Shown here one piece after another: positions 24,554-36,587 of a DNA stretch of 64,000 nt. The stretch lies in assembly GCA_023334545.1 (NCBI GenBank), contig JAADVB010000034.1:42095-106094 (forward strand), read 5' to 3'. The notes below the pieces were generated by a model. That model searched no databases and had not been told where the DNA came from. It saw only the letters and a list, made by a program, of their open reading frames with translations. Made by a program: the position numbers and the translations under genes. Source of the DNA: Salisapilia sapeloensis CBS 127946 (Eukaryota; Protista; Oomycota). The stretch's first letter is position 1. The number at the start of each line of letters is the position of its first letter.

Positions 24554-25760
24554 ATGGGAGTCCAGGATGATATCGGGGCAGCTTTCCGTGAATTCTGCGT
24601 CGGTATCCAACACGCCATTTCGATACATCGGATCCTTCTGTTCTACCTTAATTCTCGATTGATTTGTATCGACAGCGCAAAGGTATCTTGTCTGCTATCG
24701 TCCGCTTCACAGTCTTCTCTGGTCTGAATGCTCATCTATTGAATAACCTAGTGTTTTGTACTGAACGGACTCATTTTTCTCGGAAGTATCTACTTCTTTG
24801 ACCATGTTGTCATTCCTGTGATACACCTCTTCGGTGAATTGCTGCATCAGCAATTTCATTACGGGTATCTACGTCTATAGCTCCTCGGAAAGAAAATAAG
24901 TGACAAATTGTAAAATGTTCACAGGTCTGCATTGGAGACGGACGATGGAAGGGAACGTGTAGATGGCTTCGTATTCTTCTTATACCAAGTGCTTTGGATG
25001 TACCCCATCTACTGCATTAGCTTCATCCTAAATACAATTTGGTACCAAGAAATCGCCGACGATGGTATACGAAAGCACCTTCCTGTGTTATTGTACACTC
25101 CATATCCTGTCTTACACATCTATTATCCGGTATAGCATATATGCAAATGCATGGCAAGCCTTCTATTACTCCAGTCGTCGATATGATTCGGTCAGTGAGG
25201 ATCCTTCTCGCTCTGAATATCTTTTTACTAAATGCATTCTTAGAGATGAGCTATATCGTGCGCTATTGGTCGGCTTCTTTCTCCTACAGACTGTGCTTGT
25301 GTACCTCGTTCCGCTCATCGGACCTGCCACCAGCTTTGTTCATTTAAGCTGGTTGTACTCGCTCTACTGCTTCGAGTACAAGTGGTCGTTGGCTGGATGG
25401 AGCTTGGAGAAACGACTGAGCCATTTGGAGCAGTATTGGGCATACTTTGCTGGGTTCGGAAGTCCGTTTACGCTAGCAACATTCTTCGTTCCAAATTTTG
25501 TGAGCAAAGGCATTTTCGCGCTTCTCTTTCCAGTCTTCCTACTGCTAGCTGTCACGTGCGATCCGACCTTGGAAGGCCAGGACCATTCGAGGAGGCTTCC
25601 CGTCTTCCGGTATTTACTTTTAATAATATTCCTCAGAATTTGTATTGAGACTTGTTCTAGTTTGTCGCAATGGTCGACACTCCATTTCCTCCGGAGAATC
25701 GGGAAAGCAACAGGTCTCAAGACGAAGAAGCGCAAGAAGACAGAAACGAAAAGATCATAA
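24554..25760 (+). CDS. EI24: EI24 (etoposide-induced 2.4)-like multi-pass membrane protein, multi-exon
   Basis: CFVLNGLIFLGSI, LWMYPIYCISFILNTIWYQEIAD, SWLYSLYCFEYKW, RLSHLEQYWAYFAGFG, ALLFPVF. Confidence 0.85.
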
Positions 25761-26195
25761 TTTCATCTGCAATAAATCAACGCAAATTCCTTTCAAACAA
25801 CACTAGTAGCAACTTTTAATCATGTTCTCTGCCCTGAACAAAGTCATCGGAATCGATGGAATGTAGCAATCTATAGATACGTGTCCTACATGGCCAGGCT
25901 TGAAATTAACACATACTTCCCCGCTCGGTGTCAACTAGACTCACCAATTTACCTATGTTTCCATCGTATAGTACATATACTTTCAGCTTTATCTTCGCTC
26001 AAAAGATCGATATATTACTAGGTGCGTTCTGCACACATGATCCTTTTCAATAATACAGCGCACATTGCTCTATAGGAACAGCCACCTTGTCTTCAATGTT
26101 CAAAGCGGCTTGTTCGAAGTGGCTATGCGTTTTTTACGCATTCAGTTTCGATCTGTACTCGACGCACATTCATTCTTGCAATTCACTTCAAGACG

Positions 26196-26585
26196 ATGGG
26201 CGGCAATCACCCGGCGTTCAGCTACGCAGTCCTCATCAGTTTGGCTGGCGGTATTGGATATGCTGCACGTCAGCACACGCCTTCGCTGGTCGGCGGCATG
26301 GCTCTCGGTGTTGGTTTTCTCGGTGCCGGAATGCTCGTGATAACTGATACCATCAGCGATCATTCGTTCGGGCACGGAACGTCTGCTACCATGTCTGGAG
26401 TCATCGCAGGCGTCATGGGTCGACGCGCATTGATGACCAAGATGCCTGTTCCACTCGCGATCGCGTCTGCAGGTGCTGCATGCTCCGGGTATCACGCCCA
26501 ACAGCTTCTGAACCCTCCTAACAAAGCATCGTACATTGCCGGCGCGCCCCCTGTGACAAAGACAACGCCAAAGACGCAAGAGTAA
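26196..26585 (+). CDS. TMEM14-like small membrane protein
   Basis: AFSYAVLISLAGGIGYA...PSLVGG...MGRRALMTKMPVP; 3-4 Gly/Ala-rich hydrophobic segments. Confidence 0.7.
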   Translation: MGGNHPAFSYAVLISLAGGIGYAARQHTPSLVGGMALGVGFLGAGMLVITDTISDHSFGHGTSATMSGVIAGVMGRRALMTKMPVPLAIASAGAACSGYHAQQLLNPPNKASYIAGAPPVTKTTPKTQE

Positions 26586-26696
26586 AAGCAAAGCTACTGA
26601 ATGAACGGAAATACATTTGTGTCTTTATTTCTACGAGAAACAAATCCAATCTGTAGTCGTAAGAGTGGGGCAAATGGTGTAGTCATGTTACTCGAA

Positions 26697-27856
26697 TTAG
26701 TAGAAAAGGAGTTTTACTAGCACCACCCAGATCAATTGCGTCACGCTACATGTCCAACTCATTAGTACCTATGCACTTAGCATACGTTTATAATGCACAA
26801 ACCTGATAAAAGCAAGCATCGGAATAGTCTTCTCCTTCGTCAAGTGTTGGGAGACAACTCCCCATAAATTTGTCAGTAAAAAGTAGAGCGACCACGCCAT
26901 GCAGACGAGAAGGACGATCCAGTCGACAGCATCCATTGGCGCAATGCATGCCAACTATTTCAGTGTTAGCACAGGCCATCGTCGCTATCAATAGACAACA
27001 TACAGTGGCAGGGATGAAGATGACGCTAGAGTATCCGTAGAGGCACATGAGGAAAGAGAGTGGCACAGGGGCGTTCACGTATTTGCTTCCTAGCCACAAG
27101 ACGACAGGGAGGCCGATGAGGAAAACCTGCACTAGCGTATACGCTGATGCGAGGCGACTGAAATCATACGCCCATTTATTATGGTCTCCATCGAAATCCA
27201 GGTACGAAGCAGCATTGCTGCCGGATGCAAGAGCAAAGATTAGTGTCGTGGCGATCCATACTGGTCCGTATGCATCAGGCGAAACTTGAGCGACTTCATA
27301 GAACGGAGGATTCTTCTTGAATGGGAAGAACGCACGTAAAAGACGCTGCTGCACGTCACTCGTGTCGACGTCAAAGAACTAGCGAGTGGATATTAGTACG
27401 TTGTCATGCAATTGGGCGCTTTTGTATGCATACGGGCTTGTAAAAGGATAGAGAGAAGCATCCACAAAATGCTGCCATTCGACTGGCATTGGGGGAGTCG
27501 TCGTCGAATGGACTTTTCGACTTGGATCCGATCAACGTGTCCTTATCTGCGCGTCATGTTAACTTCATGGTACGACTAGGACTGTAGATGCTATACATAC
27601 CTCGCGGGGAAATCATGCCGTCCTCCAGCTCATCTTCCGGTACCACACTCACTTCTACTCGAGTAAAGCGACAATTTAGAGATGCCAAAGAGCCTAGTTG
27701 TGCTATCCAGACGTACCAAAGTCCAAGCCAGCCGTCCGATCCTATATAAGAACAAGCCAGGATGCAACAATTAGACTACCTTCCTTTAAGAAAAGCATCG
27801 TCTACGCTTACATTGACAGCGTTCGCCGCCGACTTCACGTCATCCTCCTTGGCCAT
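26697..27856 (-). CDS. Yip1-domain protein (YIPF1/2-like), multi-exon
   Basis: FYKP-FFDVDTSDVQQRLL, PDAYGPVWIATTLIF, LMCLYGYSSVIFIPAT..CI. Six short introns inferred. Confidence 0.85.
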
Positions 27857-27960
27857 CGTTTTTATAGTTTCGTGTACTCAAGTTTCCGACTGTGTCTATC
27901 TTAACACCAACTGCCAACTATCAAAAGAAAAGAAATTTAATTTCTTTTTCCTGTAGTGTC

Positions 27961-29655
27961 TTAATCTAAGTCGACGGACGGCGTTGCCGGGGCACTCGTT
28001 GCCACTGGCGCTTCTCCAACTTCTTCCTGCGTCTGTTCAGCCTCGAGCTCATCCAACTTGGCGTCATCCTCTTCCGCCTTATCTTCCGCATCCTGTACAA
28101 TCTTGGCAACGTCCGACTCGGACAATCGGCTGCTGTCCTGTTCCACCGTCAGCGTCTGGTTGCCGCTGCTCTTCTCTTCGGCGGACACGCTGAGCGTACC
28201 GTCCGTCGAAACCTTGAACGAGACTTCGACCTCAGCCTCTTCCTTTGGCAACTTCGAAATACCAGAAAGCTTGAGCTGTGCGACCAACGTGTTATCCGAC
28301 GCCATCAATCGCTCTCCTTCATAAATTTGCAAAAACACTTCTTCCTGATCGTCCACCGACGTCGTGAACGTCTCCGTGCCGGTAGCAGGCAACACTGCGC
28401 CACGGTGGATCACCTCCGACACACTGCCGTTGGCCAATGCAACAGACAAGGTCAAAGGCGTCACCTTGACGTTCTGAACTTCCTCCACCTTGGACAGACC
28501 AGCTTCGTCTACAGTGCCACGAGCAGACGCTTCGATCGTCGCTCCGTGGGCCACAACCTCATCCGGAGACAAGTGGACATACGTCTGCTTGCCATCGAAC
28601 AGCTTCTTCACGCTCTCTTGCACGGACGGAATGCGCGTGCTGCCACCAGCCAAGACGACGTGCTCGACGTCTTCCTTCTCAACGCCAGCCTCCTCGAGCA
28701 AGCTCTCGATTTCCTTGGTCGCATCACGAACGTAGTCAGCAATGAGCTCTTCGAAACGAGGGCGAGAGAGCTTAATGCTGAAGTCTTCTCCTTCCAAGAG
28801 AGAGTCGACGGCGATCTGGGCCTGCGTCTGGGTCGCCAATGACTTTTTGGCGGCTTCGCAGGCGAGCTTGAGACGGTTGGCAGCACGCGTGTTGGTGCGG
28901 ACGTCCTTGCCGGTCTTGCGTTCGAACGACTTGGCGCAGTGCTCGAAGACAGCACCAGTGAAGTCTTCGCCGCCGAGACTGTCGTTGCCCTTGGTGGCAA
29001 CGATCTGGAAGAGACCACGGTCCACCTGCAGCAGCGTGACGTCGTGCGTCGCGCCACCAAGGTCCACTACGACACAGTACGTCGGCGTGGGGGTGACCTC
29101 TGGTTCATCGAGACCGTAGGCAGCGGCAGCCGCCAACGGCTCACTGATAAAGCTAAGAACCTCTACGCCAGCTTCCTTGGCGGCATCCGAGAGCAATTGC
29201 TTGTGCTGGTCATCCGCATGAGCTGGGAGACTGAGAACTAGCTTGTCTACAGTTTCACCAGTAAAGTCCTGGGCTAGTGCAATGAGGTTCTTAAGCAAGA
29301 GGGTGCAGAATTCAAATGGAGACACTTCGTGCTTTTCGCCCGAACGCTGCGTAGCGGCCTTGAGCTGTCCCTCAGAGTCCGAGACGTCGAACGGCCAGTC
29401 CTTGACAAACTTCTTGGCGGAAACGTCCGAGTGATCCTTGCCCAAGACACGCTTGAGGTGGAAGACTGTGTTTTCGCTGTGGGAGTGGAGCTTGGAGACG
29501 GCCGTGTCGCCAATCACGACCTCATCGCCGTCGAACGTGACGAAAGCAGGGGTCGTACGGAAGCCCTGGTCATTCGCCAAGATGTTCACCTTGTTGTTCT
29601 GGAAGACGCCGACGCATCCGTGGGTCGATCCGAGGTCAATGCCTGCTGCTACCAT
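27961..29655 (-). CDS. Atypical cytosolic Hsp70 (HSPA14/Ssz1-like), 564 aa
   Basis: GIDLGST, ILANDQGFRTTP, ISEPLAAAAAYGL, VDLGGATHDV, GGEDF, RLKLACEAAKKSL, VLAGGSTRIP. Short C-terminus with no EEVD and no signal peptide. Confidence 0.8.
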   Translation of the reverse strand: MVAAGIDLGSTHGCVGVFQNNKVNILANDQGFRTTPAFVTFDGDEVVIGDTAVSKLHSHSENTVFHLKRVLGKDHSDVSAKKFVKDWPFDVSDSEGQLKAATQRSGEKHEVSPFEFCTLLLKNLIALAQDFTGETVDKLVLSLPAHADDQHKQLLSDAAKEAGVEVLSFISEPLAAAAAYGLDEPEVTPTPTYCVVVDLGGATHDVTLLQVDRGLFQIVATKGNDSLGGEDFTGAVFEHCAKSFERKTGKDVRTNTRAANRLKLACEAAKKSLATQTQAQIAVDSLLEGEDFSIKLSRPRFEELIADYVRDATKEIESLLEEAGVEKEDVEHVVLAGGSTRIPSVQESVKKLFDGKQTYVHLSPDEVVAHGATIEASARGTVDEAGLSKVEEVQNVKVTPLTLSVALANGSVSEVIHRGAVLPATGTETFTTSVDDQEEVFLQIYEGERLMASDNTLVAQLKLSGISKLPKEEAEVEVSFKVSTDGTLSVSAEEKSSGNQTLTVEQDSSRLSESDVAKIVQDAEDKAEEDDAKLDELEAEQTQEEVGEAPVATSAPATPSVDLD

Positions 29656-30052
29656 GATGCTTTTAGTGATGAAGATGCGTAAATGGCTGGTGGGGGCTGG
29701 GCAAGGTAATTTACCAACTTCAGCTACAACTCTCAGCCAATGGAAGGACAGAATGTACGATAGCTTACTGAGCTAGGCTATAAATAACGAAGTTACTTGT
29801 TGTTCAGGATCTCTTCTTGTAAGCCAACAGCTATAAAAGATAAGACAGAGCTTTGGATATGATTTCGTCGTCTAGTCATGAAGGTGTGGTGTGCTATACT
29901 TGCTTTATCCTGTTGATCTTGTCCATATCAGTCGTGGTAACCTCCGTGTTGTAATATGTTATAAAGGGCATACGAAAAACAAGTAAGGTGGATACTTTTA
30001 GTGGACACCAAGCGATTTGTCATCCAAGGGCAAGTGGAAGAAGGTTATTGAG

Positions 30053-31540
30053 ATGGCTAGAACGAAACGTAGTAAACCCGGTGACTCATATGCTGATGGA
30101 GATGCACCTCCACGTAAGCAACCAAAGCATGGAAGTAAGGAAGTTACGAAAGAAGTGATTACGAGTACCCACAGCGATAAGCTATTGAGCCAACTGCTTG
30201 GGATGCCACTGCAGACTTTTATTGACGAGTACTTTGAGAAGAAGCCACTCATCATTCGTAAGCCTGGTGATAAAGACCTTTTTGAAAGTGGTCTTTTCTC
30301 GCGCAGTAAGCTTTTGCAAGTGCTACGTGAGGAAAATGGCATTAACCACGAGCAAGGCATCACGTTATGCCAGTACAAAGATGGCGTTCGTACCAATTAC
30401 GAGCCTGAATCAAAAAATAGTCCAGTCATCACGTACGATGCTGCTGATAAATTGCTGAGTTCCAATTACAGTGCCCAGTTCTACCAGCCTCAACGTCACG
30501 TAACTGGACTCTTTCGAATCAATGCTGCATTCGAGGCGTGCTTTGGAACGCTAGCTGGTGCCAGTGCCTACCTCACTCCTCCTGGGTCCCAGGCATTGGC
30601 TCCTCATCATGATGATGTGGAAGTCTTTATCCTGCAGACGGAAGGACGAAAGCATTGGAAGCTCTACAAGCCACTGGTCGAACTAGCCGGAGAGCACAGC
30701 TCCGACTTGTCTCCAGATGAGATAGGAGAGCCGATCATGGAGACGACATTGGAGGAAGGAGACGTCATGTACTTCCCACGTGGTACCATCCACGAAGCAT
30801 CAACGGACGACACTCACTTCTCGACGCATGTGACCGTTAGCATCTACCAGCACCAGTCCTGGGCGAATTTCCTAGAAGTTGCCCTGCCTCGTGTCATCCG
30901 TCGCGCTTTCGACAATGACGTCTCCTTCCGAAAGGGCCTTCCCGTAAACTACTTGCGATACATGGGTACTCAATTTCCTCCTGACAATACGGACGCAACT
31001 GCATTCCGTTCATCTCTCCTGTCCTTGCTGAGCAAATTGCCAACGCACGTTACGCGGGAAGACTTGCACAAAGCGGCGGATGAAGCTGCAAGCGATTTCT
31101 TTGCCAATCGTCTACCTCCACGCAAATCTGTAAGCCAGGATGTGTCTCCCACAGAGGAGAATCGTGTGTTCCGATGGATCGATCGCTCCCACATTCGTAT
31201 AGCGATCGGAGAGGACGAAATGGGGTCACCAAGCGTGTCTGTTGTCTACTCGACGCAGAATTGTGCTGCCCACCACATGGGTCGTTGCGACTGCGCTGAC
31301 GAAGACGACGAAGAAGAAGATGAGGATGAGGATGAGGATGAGGAAGAAGAACTGCCGAATGAACCGCACGCACTGGCATTCCCGGCCGATATGGCTCCTC
31401 CTCTCCTCAAGCTGTACTCCTCCTACCCTGAGTACAGCGCGATTCCAGATCTCGTTGCAACAGGCGTGGAAGAGGTGACAGTACGAGGCATGTTACTACG
31501 TCTGTGGTCAGAAGGGTTATTAGAGGTGGAAGACAAATGA
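30053..31540 (+). CDS. RIOX1: JmjC ribosomal oxygenase NO66/RIOX1-like (cupin 4)
   Basis: FIDEYFEKKPLII, SAYLTPPGSQALAPHHDDVEVFILQTEGRKHWKLY, LEEGDVMYFPRGTIHEA, STHVTVS. Start at the first ATG is inferred. Confidence 0.88.
   Translation: MARTKRSKPGDSYADGDAPPRKQPKHGSKEVTKEVITSTHSDKLLSQLLGMPLQTFIDEYFEKKPLIIRKPGDKDLFESGLFSRSKLLQVLREENGINHEQGITLCQYKDGVRTNYEPESKNSPVITYDAADKLLSSNYSAQFYQPQRHVTGLFRINAAFEACFGTLAGASAYLTPPGSQALAPHHDDVEVFILQTEGRKHWKLYKPLVELAGEHSSDLSPDEIGEPIMETTLEEGDVMYFPRGTIHEASTDDTHFSTHVTVSIYQHQSWANFLEVALPRVIRRAFDNDVSFRKGLPVNYLRYMGTQFPPDNTDATAFRSSLLSLLSKLPTHVTREDLHKAADEAASDFFANRLPPRKSVSQDVSPTEENRVFRWIDRSHIRIAIGEDEMGSPSVSVVYSTQNCAAHHMGRCDCADEDDEEEDEDEDEDEEEELPNEPHALAFPADMAPPLLKLYSSYPEYSAIPDLVATGVEEVTVRGMLLRLWSEGLLEVEDK
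31319..31342 (+). repeat. (GATGAG)4 coding microsatellite within an acidic tract
   Basis: Direct reading; encodes DEDEDEDE inside the NO66 C-terminal region. Confidence 0.9.
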
Positions 31541-31580
31541 AAAGACGGCTACACATTTTCTTGTTGTGTTTCTTGATGGT

Positions 31581-34358
31581 TTATCTAATGCAATCCATGA
31601 GCGTCTGGCTCACGTACTCGTTCTCCGAGCGTGCTGCCATTTGGTAGACGAGTCCGCCATTGTTCTCATCCACCAACAGACGAGACTTGACGAGTACCTT
31701 AACGCCTCCGACAAAGACACCTGATAGCAATAGGATGTGGGAAGCAACGTTCGGCTGAGGCGTGCCAGTGTTGTCACAAGGCTGCATGCCAAGGAAGTCG
31801 ACGATCGTCGCGACACCGTCTGCAAGCGTCTTTTGCTTGAGCGCATAGCTACCCTTGGCTTCATACCCGTCGCTCATCTTTTCCCACGCACCTCGGAAGT
31901 CGTTTACAGGTACCTTGGCCATCATATCCGCAGCACTGATCTCAAAGTCTTCCATCGGGTACTCTTCGTCAAAGCCGTCGTCTTCCACTTCACCAGTCGA
32001 AGGATTTACTTCGTGCACCTCGAACTTGAGCTCGCTCGCGATCTGAACCGGTGGGTACTCTCCATCGCCAGTGTACTTGAGACACACGTACGTGTGACCA
32101 GACTTGCCGTACGGAGCTTTGTCCAGAGGTACTTCCGTCACCACTTGCCACACGTCCTCTGGGTCCATAACCAGACCCACGCGGACGTTGGTTAATAGCT
32201 GATCGTTGACAGTGTTTAAGACCTTGAACTGGAGGACGACGTGCTCTGGGAAGACGTGCTTCGTGACGGTAACAACGTACTCTGTCTCTGCCTCCGTCAG
32301 TTCGACCGGTTTGGACGATCGGAAGATGGCACCCAAGTCGGCGAATTCAGGAATCTGGTAAAGCTCCTTGGCGACTTCTTCTGGCTGAGGACTGTTGTCC
32401 ATTTGCACCTCCTCAGTCTTTTCTTCATCCTCTTCCTCTACGATTTCTTCCGTCACTTCGACATGCGGTAGGGACTCGAACGTGATTTCGCCTTCGGTCG
32501 GACGAAGCTGGTACTGCTCCAACGACTTTTCCAACGCTTGGACGTTCATGGGGAAGTCATCGACAAGCAGCATCTTGCCTGCATCCACGTCCTGTTCTAA
32601 CAGAGCAAGGTATGTCGTGGCACGGTCACGCACTTCATCGTCATCATCCAACTTGCACGACTGGAGCAGAGAAGAAACGCTCGCTCGTAGCGAGTCGACG
32701 CGAATGGCGAACTGAGCGAGAGCAGACACGGCAGCGGCACGTACTGGAGCGTTCTCAAGGATGACACGGTTGCGAATGAAGCGAATGTACTTGGCAGGAG
32801 CAGAGGTCGACGGTCCTTTTTCGCCCAAGACCGTCAGAATGCGAGTGGAAAGTTGCGTGAACTCACAATCTTCAATGAACTCACACAAATGCAACAGCCC
32901 ACCTTCCCTCGCATCCGGCAGTCGTTCGATTAAGAACAAAAGTGCATCTGTAATAGCTTTCTTGAACTCATATCCGCCTTCTTCCCGCAAAAAGTTCGCG
33001 AGGAATGTAAGGAGGACACGGTGTTTCTGAGGATACTTAAGGCACAAATTTTTAATCGCTTCGACGACGACGATTTTGAACTCGTCTGCAATTTCACTCA
33101 TGAATGTCGAGATCTGTTTCATCAGACGATCGACACTGGACTCGGCACCTGTCTTGAGCAACGTCGTGATGGACAGCGTCGCAATCGAACGGTTCGAGTC
33201 CGTGATAAGTGCCTCCATATCATCATTGCATTTCGTCACGAGCAACGGCTGCGTACGTGCGAGTTGACTGAGCGTACGGATGGCAGCGAAGCGTAGTGTC
33301 GGTTTAGACGACGAGAGGAACATTTGGAGAACGACAATCGCCTGCGTCAGGTCTTTGCCGTCCACAGGGAGACTGCACAAGGCCTTGGCAGCTTCGTACA
33401 TGACCATCTCGTTCTTCTGACGAAGCATCTTTTGAAGGAAGGCATGCAACGGAGCAGTATCCTGTCCTGTGGTGTCCTCACGGAGCAAGTTAGCAGTGTA
33501 CCGGACGAGAAGACATACGGCCAAATTGGAACGGAGATTGGTCTTCTGGAGCTGCATGATGAATTTCGAGACGGCGAGCTTGTCGTGCTGACGGATCTGA
33601 TACAGCAACCCGACGGCATGGTACTGGACCATGTCGTGCGGAGAGTTGATGGCTTCCTGCACTTCGTTCACCCAGCGGCGGATTACGTCCGGATTCTGCT
33701 TGAAGAGGTGCATGCCAGACACAAGCGCTGAGCTCGCGACGAGTGCATTGCGATCCACAATCGCTTGCTTCATGTAGCGCTCAATGGCGTTCAACATGGA
33801 TCCATCGATGATACGACAAAGCACTCGAATGGCGTTCGCTCGATATAAATCGACATCCGAGCTGACGTCTTTGACAAGACTGTGGGTCACAATGATAATT
33901 TCATTCGAAGCGACAGCCTCGGCAACTTCCTTGAGGAAGAGGTACATCATCCGACGCAAATTCGCGTCTTTGCTCTGGAAAAGCTTCGTGACGCCGAAAA
34001 AGACCGACGTCTCTTGATCCGTCAACGGCTCTCCTTGCGTTAGAATATGCAGGAGCTTGGTGATTAGCTGACAACATTTCTTTGGGTGCTTCGTGACCAT
34101 ATTCGCGTCGGAAAAGATCTTGGTCTCCTGTAAGACGGTCGCTTTATCCAACGACTCGAACGGCGAGGCTTGGTCTTCCTCATCGTTTTTGAACTTTTCT
34201 TTAATGTCACTCATGACGGAGGAGAAAGAGATGGAATTGGAATTCCGTCCACCTTCCGGTCCATTGACGCCGAACGGATCTTGTCCAGGGCCTCCCTTCA
34301 TGCCTTCGATGCCGCGTGGATTGGATTCAATTATGGTGCTCGTAACGTTAAAGTTCAT
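31581..34358 (-). CDS. COPG: Coatomer subunit gamma
   Basis: SPFESLDKATVLQETKIF, FFGVTKLFQSKD, LRRMMYLFLKE, LCEFIEDCEF, PAKYIRFI, EVRDRA, LTEAETEYVV..KH. Confidence 0.97.
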   Translation of the reverse strand: MNFNVTSTIIESNPRGIEGMKGGPGQDPFGVNGPEGGRNSNSISFSSVMSDIKEKFKNDEEDQASPFESLDKATVLQETKIFSDANMVTKHPKKCCQLITKLLHILTQGEPLTDQETSVFFGVTKLFQSKDANLRRMMYLFLKEVAEAVASNEIIIVTHSLVKDVSSDVDLYRANAIRVLCRIIDGSMLNAIERYMKQAIVDRNALVASSALVSGMHLFKQNPDVIRRWVNEVQEAINSPHDMVQYHAVGLLYQIRQHDKLAVSKFIMQLQKTNLRSNLAVCLLVRYTANLLREDTTGQDTAPLHAFLQKMLRQKNEMVMYEAAKALCSLPVDGKDLTQAIVVLQMFLSSSKPTLRFAAIRTLSQLARTQPLLVTKCNDDMEALITDSNRSIATLSITTLLKTGAESSVDRLMKQISTFMSEIADEFKIVVVEAIKNLCLKYPQKHRVLLTFLANFLREEGGYEFKKAITDALLFLIERLPDAREGGLLHLCEFIEDCEFTQLSTRILTVLGEKGPSTSAPAKYIRFIRNRVILENAPVRAAAVSALAQFAIRVDSLRASVSSLLQSCKLDDDDEVRDRATTYLALLEQDVDAGKMLLVDDFPMNVQALEKSLEQYQLRPTEGEITFESLPHVEVTEEIVEEEDEEKTEEVQMDNSPQPEEVAKELYQIPEFADLGAIFRSSKPVELTEAETEYVVTVTKHVFPEHVVLQFKVLNTVNDQLLTNVRVGLVMDPEDVWQVVTEVPLDKAPYGKSGHTYVCLKYTGDGEYPPVQIASELKFEVHEVNPSTGEVEDDGFDEEYPMEDFEISAADMMAKVPVNDFRGAWEKMSDGYEAKGSYALKQKTLADGVATIVDFLGMQPCDNTGTPQPNVASHILLLSGVFVGGVKVLVKSRLLVDENNGGLVYQMAARSENEYVSQTLMDCIR

Positions 34359-34570
34359 GTTTTAAATAAGTTGACCTAATTTATCGAATCAACGGATTAT
34401 ATAAATTAATTCATCCAACCAACGTTTGGTCTTTCTACCGAGTAGCTCACTTTCTGAACACCAAAAAGTCTGATCGATAAGTTCGAGGGAGATTACTAGT
34501 CTGTGGGCGCTCTACGTCTTTGATCTTACTTTTTCTGGGCAAAAGTAAAGTCTGATAGCTAGTGAAAAGT

Positions 34571-36522
34571 ATGGCTGCACTGGTGGAGAAGCTTGTAAAT
34601 CTAGTCGGCCAGTACGTTCTACTTTTATGGATATAAACGATTGCACAGATGCCATTGATGCTAAGGTGTGGTTATTGTGTCCATTAGAGCGTTCTACACG
34701 GACGAGCATGTGGTTGTCCTCCGAGCTCTAATGCGTGAGAAGTTTCTAAAGGTACTTTGGACTTTAATTATATAAGTTGTGATTAAATTCAAATTGCAAA
34801 ATTGTTCTATGACCATGGAAATATCTACTAGGATGATGACATGGGCAACGCAGTAAACCTACAGGCCAAGCAAGTCCGAAAAATCATGAACGAGCTCCAC
34901 CACGACTACCTCGTCTCCGAGTACGTGAATTCTATTTGCTTTTTACCTCTTTAAGCAACTCATTTGTATATTTCTATTATCTAGAGAAGTGCTGAATGAC
35001 AAAAAGTCGGGTGGTAGTTCCTCAACGTCATACTGGTATGCAATTCCTGTGCTCTTACAACACATACAATTCATCTAAACGTAACGTATGCAGGTACATT
35101 GACTACAAGTACTTTGTCGATGTCGTACGCTTCCGTCTATACTTGATGGATGAGCACTTGAAAGAAAGCGAAGGGCTCGAGATTGAACGACAGACATTCC
35201 GTTGCAAAGATCCAGACTGTGGGAGAGAATACACTGCGTTGGAAGCCCAAAGGCTGCTCGTGCCTGGGCAATACGAGTTCCGATGCGGTCATTGTAACCA
35301 GCCCTTGATGGAGGTATGTCGGCCCTGCGTATACGTGGCATATCATGTGGCCTTACCTCGATGCTATGTATGTAGTGCGACAACAATGAGCGACTAGAAC
35401 ACGTTCAAAGCCTGCAAAGAAAGGTACATTCCGCCTTTACTATACACGCAAGCATGTATGAACACGGTTTCCATGTATAGTTTAAAGACCAGATGAACGG
35501 TATAGCGGATATGCACGACAGTCTGTACGAGATCTTGCGACGCATTGGAGACGTCCTTAAGGAAGGCCATACCTTGCCAAAGTATGCATCTCTATGGCTG
35601 AAGTATATCACACTTTCTAAGTAATGATGCATAGCAATTTGCCGAGTGAGAATCGGGCAGCCGGTGTAGGAGGTAATAGTAGTAGATCTAAAGGAAACGG
35701 TGCCGGAGGTGGTGGCGGCAATGCCAATCGAGCAGCTAGTTTCGGGAATGGGCCGTCTTACTTGTATCCTACTGGCGATCAGGTATGATTCGCTAGAGTT
35801 ATCTCGAAGAAGAATAAGCATGTGAAAGTGTACATATTTACTAGGGTCAAGAGATCGTCGTGGATATTGCCGATACCACGAAAAACGACCACGACTACCT
35901 GTCCGCTCCTACAACCAAAACGGTACGATCATTATAGTATCAGAGATAGTGTCTAGTACTGACGTACTGATCAGGAGACGACCAATTCGGAAGACTTGTC
36001 CAAGGCTGCGCTGCTCGATATTCCAGAGTTCCTTCGTGGTAGCAAGATCAGTGGTCACATGGCTGCGAAGCATGTAGAGGCCTCGCCTTCGGACGATGTG
36101 ACCATGACGAATGCATCGGATGCTGCCATGAGCATTGAGAACGATAGTAGCATGACAGAAGAAGAGAAGCAAGAGGCTTTCCGAAAAGTGTATTTGGAGG
36201 AAGTTGCTCGATACAATGCCGAGCGATCACGAGGTGGGAACGGTATGGGTGATACAGAAGATGGTACGGATGAGGAAGAGATGGAAGGAGTTGAGTGGGA
36301 ATATTACGACTGGGAAGACATCAAACTGCCAGACATCGAGGTGCGCGTTGGCGGGAAGCCGAAACGACTCCACAATCTAACGGACGAAGATCTGGAGAAA
36401 ATGACCGACGATGAATTTGTGGTACGTTATATGCATGTACGATGGAGAATGAAGCATTGACTTGTGATTTATAGAAATGCTATCAACTTTGCCGACCGGG
36501 AAGTGTGCTTCCATCTAAATGA
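34571..36522 (+). CDS. GTF2E1: General transcription factor IIE alpha subunit, intron-rich
   Basis: YW-YIDYKYFVDVVRFRL, zinc ribbon FRCKDPDCGREYTALEA..FRCGHCNQPL, acidic C-terminal region. About ten short introns. Confidence 0.88.
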
Positions 36523-36587
36523 AGTTTCATAAAAACAAGGTACTTTTGCATCTCACTTGTGTATTCCTTTACGTAGCTGCACCTTGC

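Noticed and set aside
27984-29776. Long plus-strand ORFs opposite Hsp70
   Set aside because: The well-known antisense ORF shadow of codon-biased Hsp70 genes; no independent evidence of coding.
33191-33201. GGTTCGAGTCC tRNA T-loop-like sequence
   Set aside because: It lies antisense within the COPG coding sequence, with no D-arm or acceptor stem.
31737-34379. Plus-strand ORFs opposite COPG
   Set aside because: Antisense shadows.
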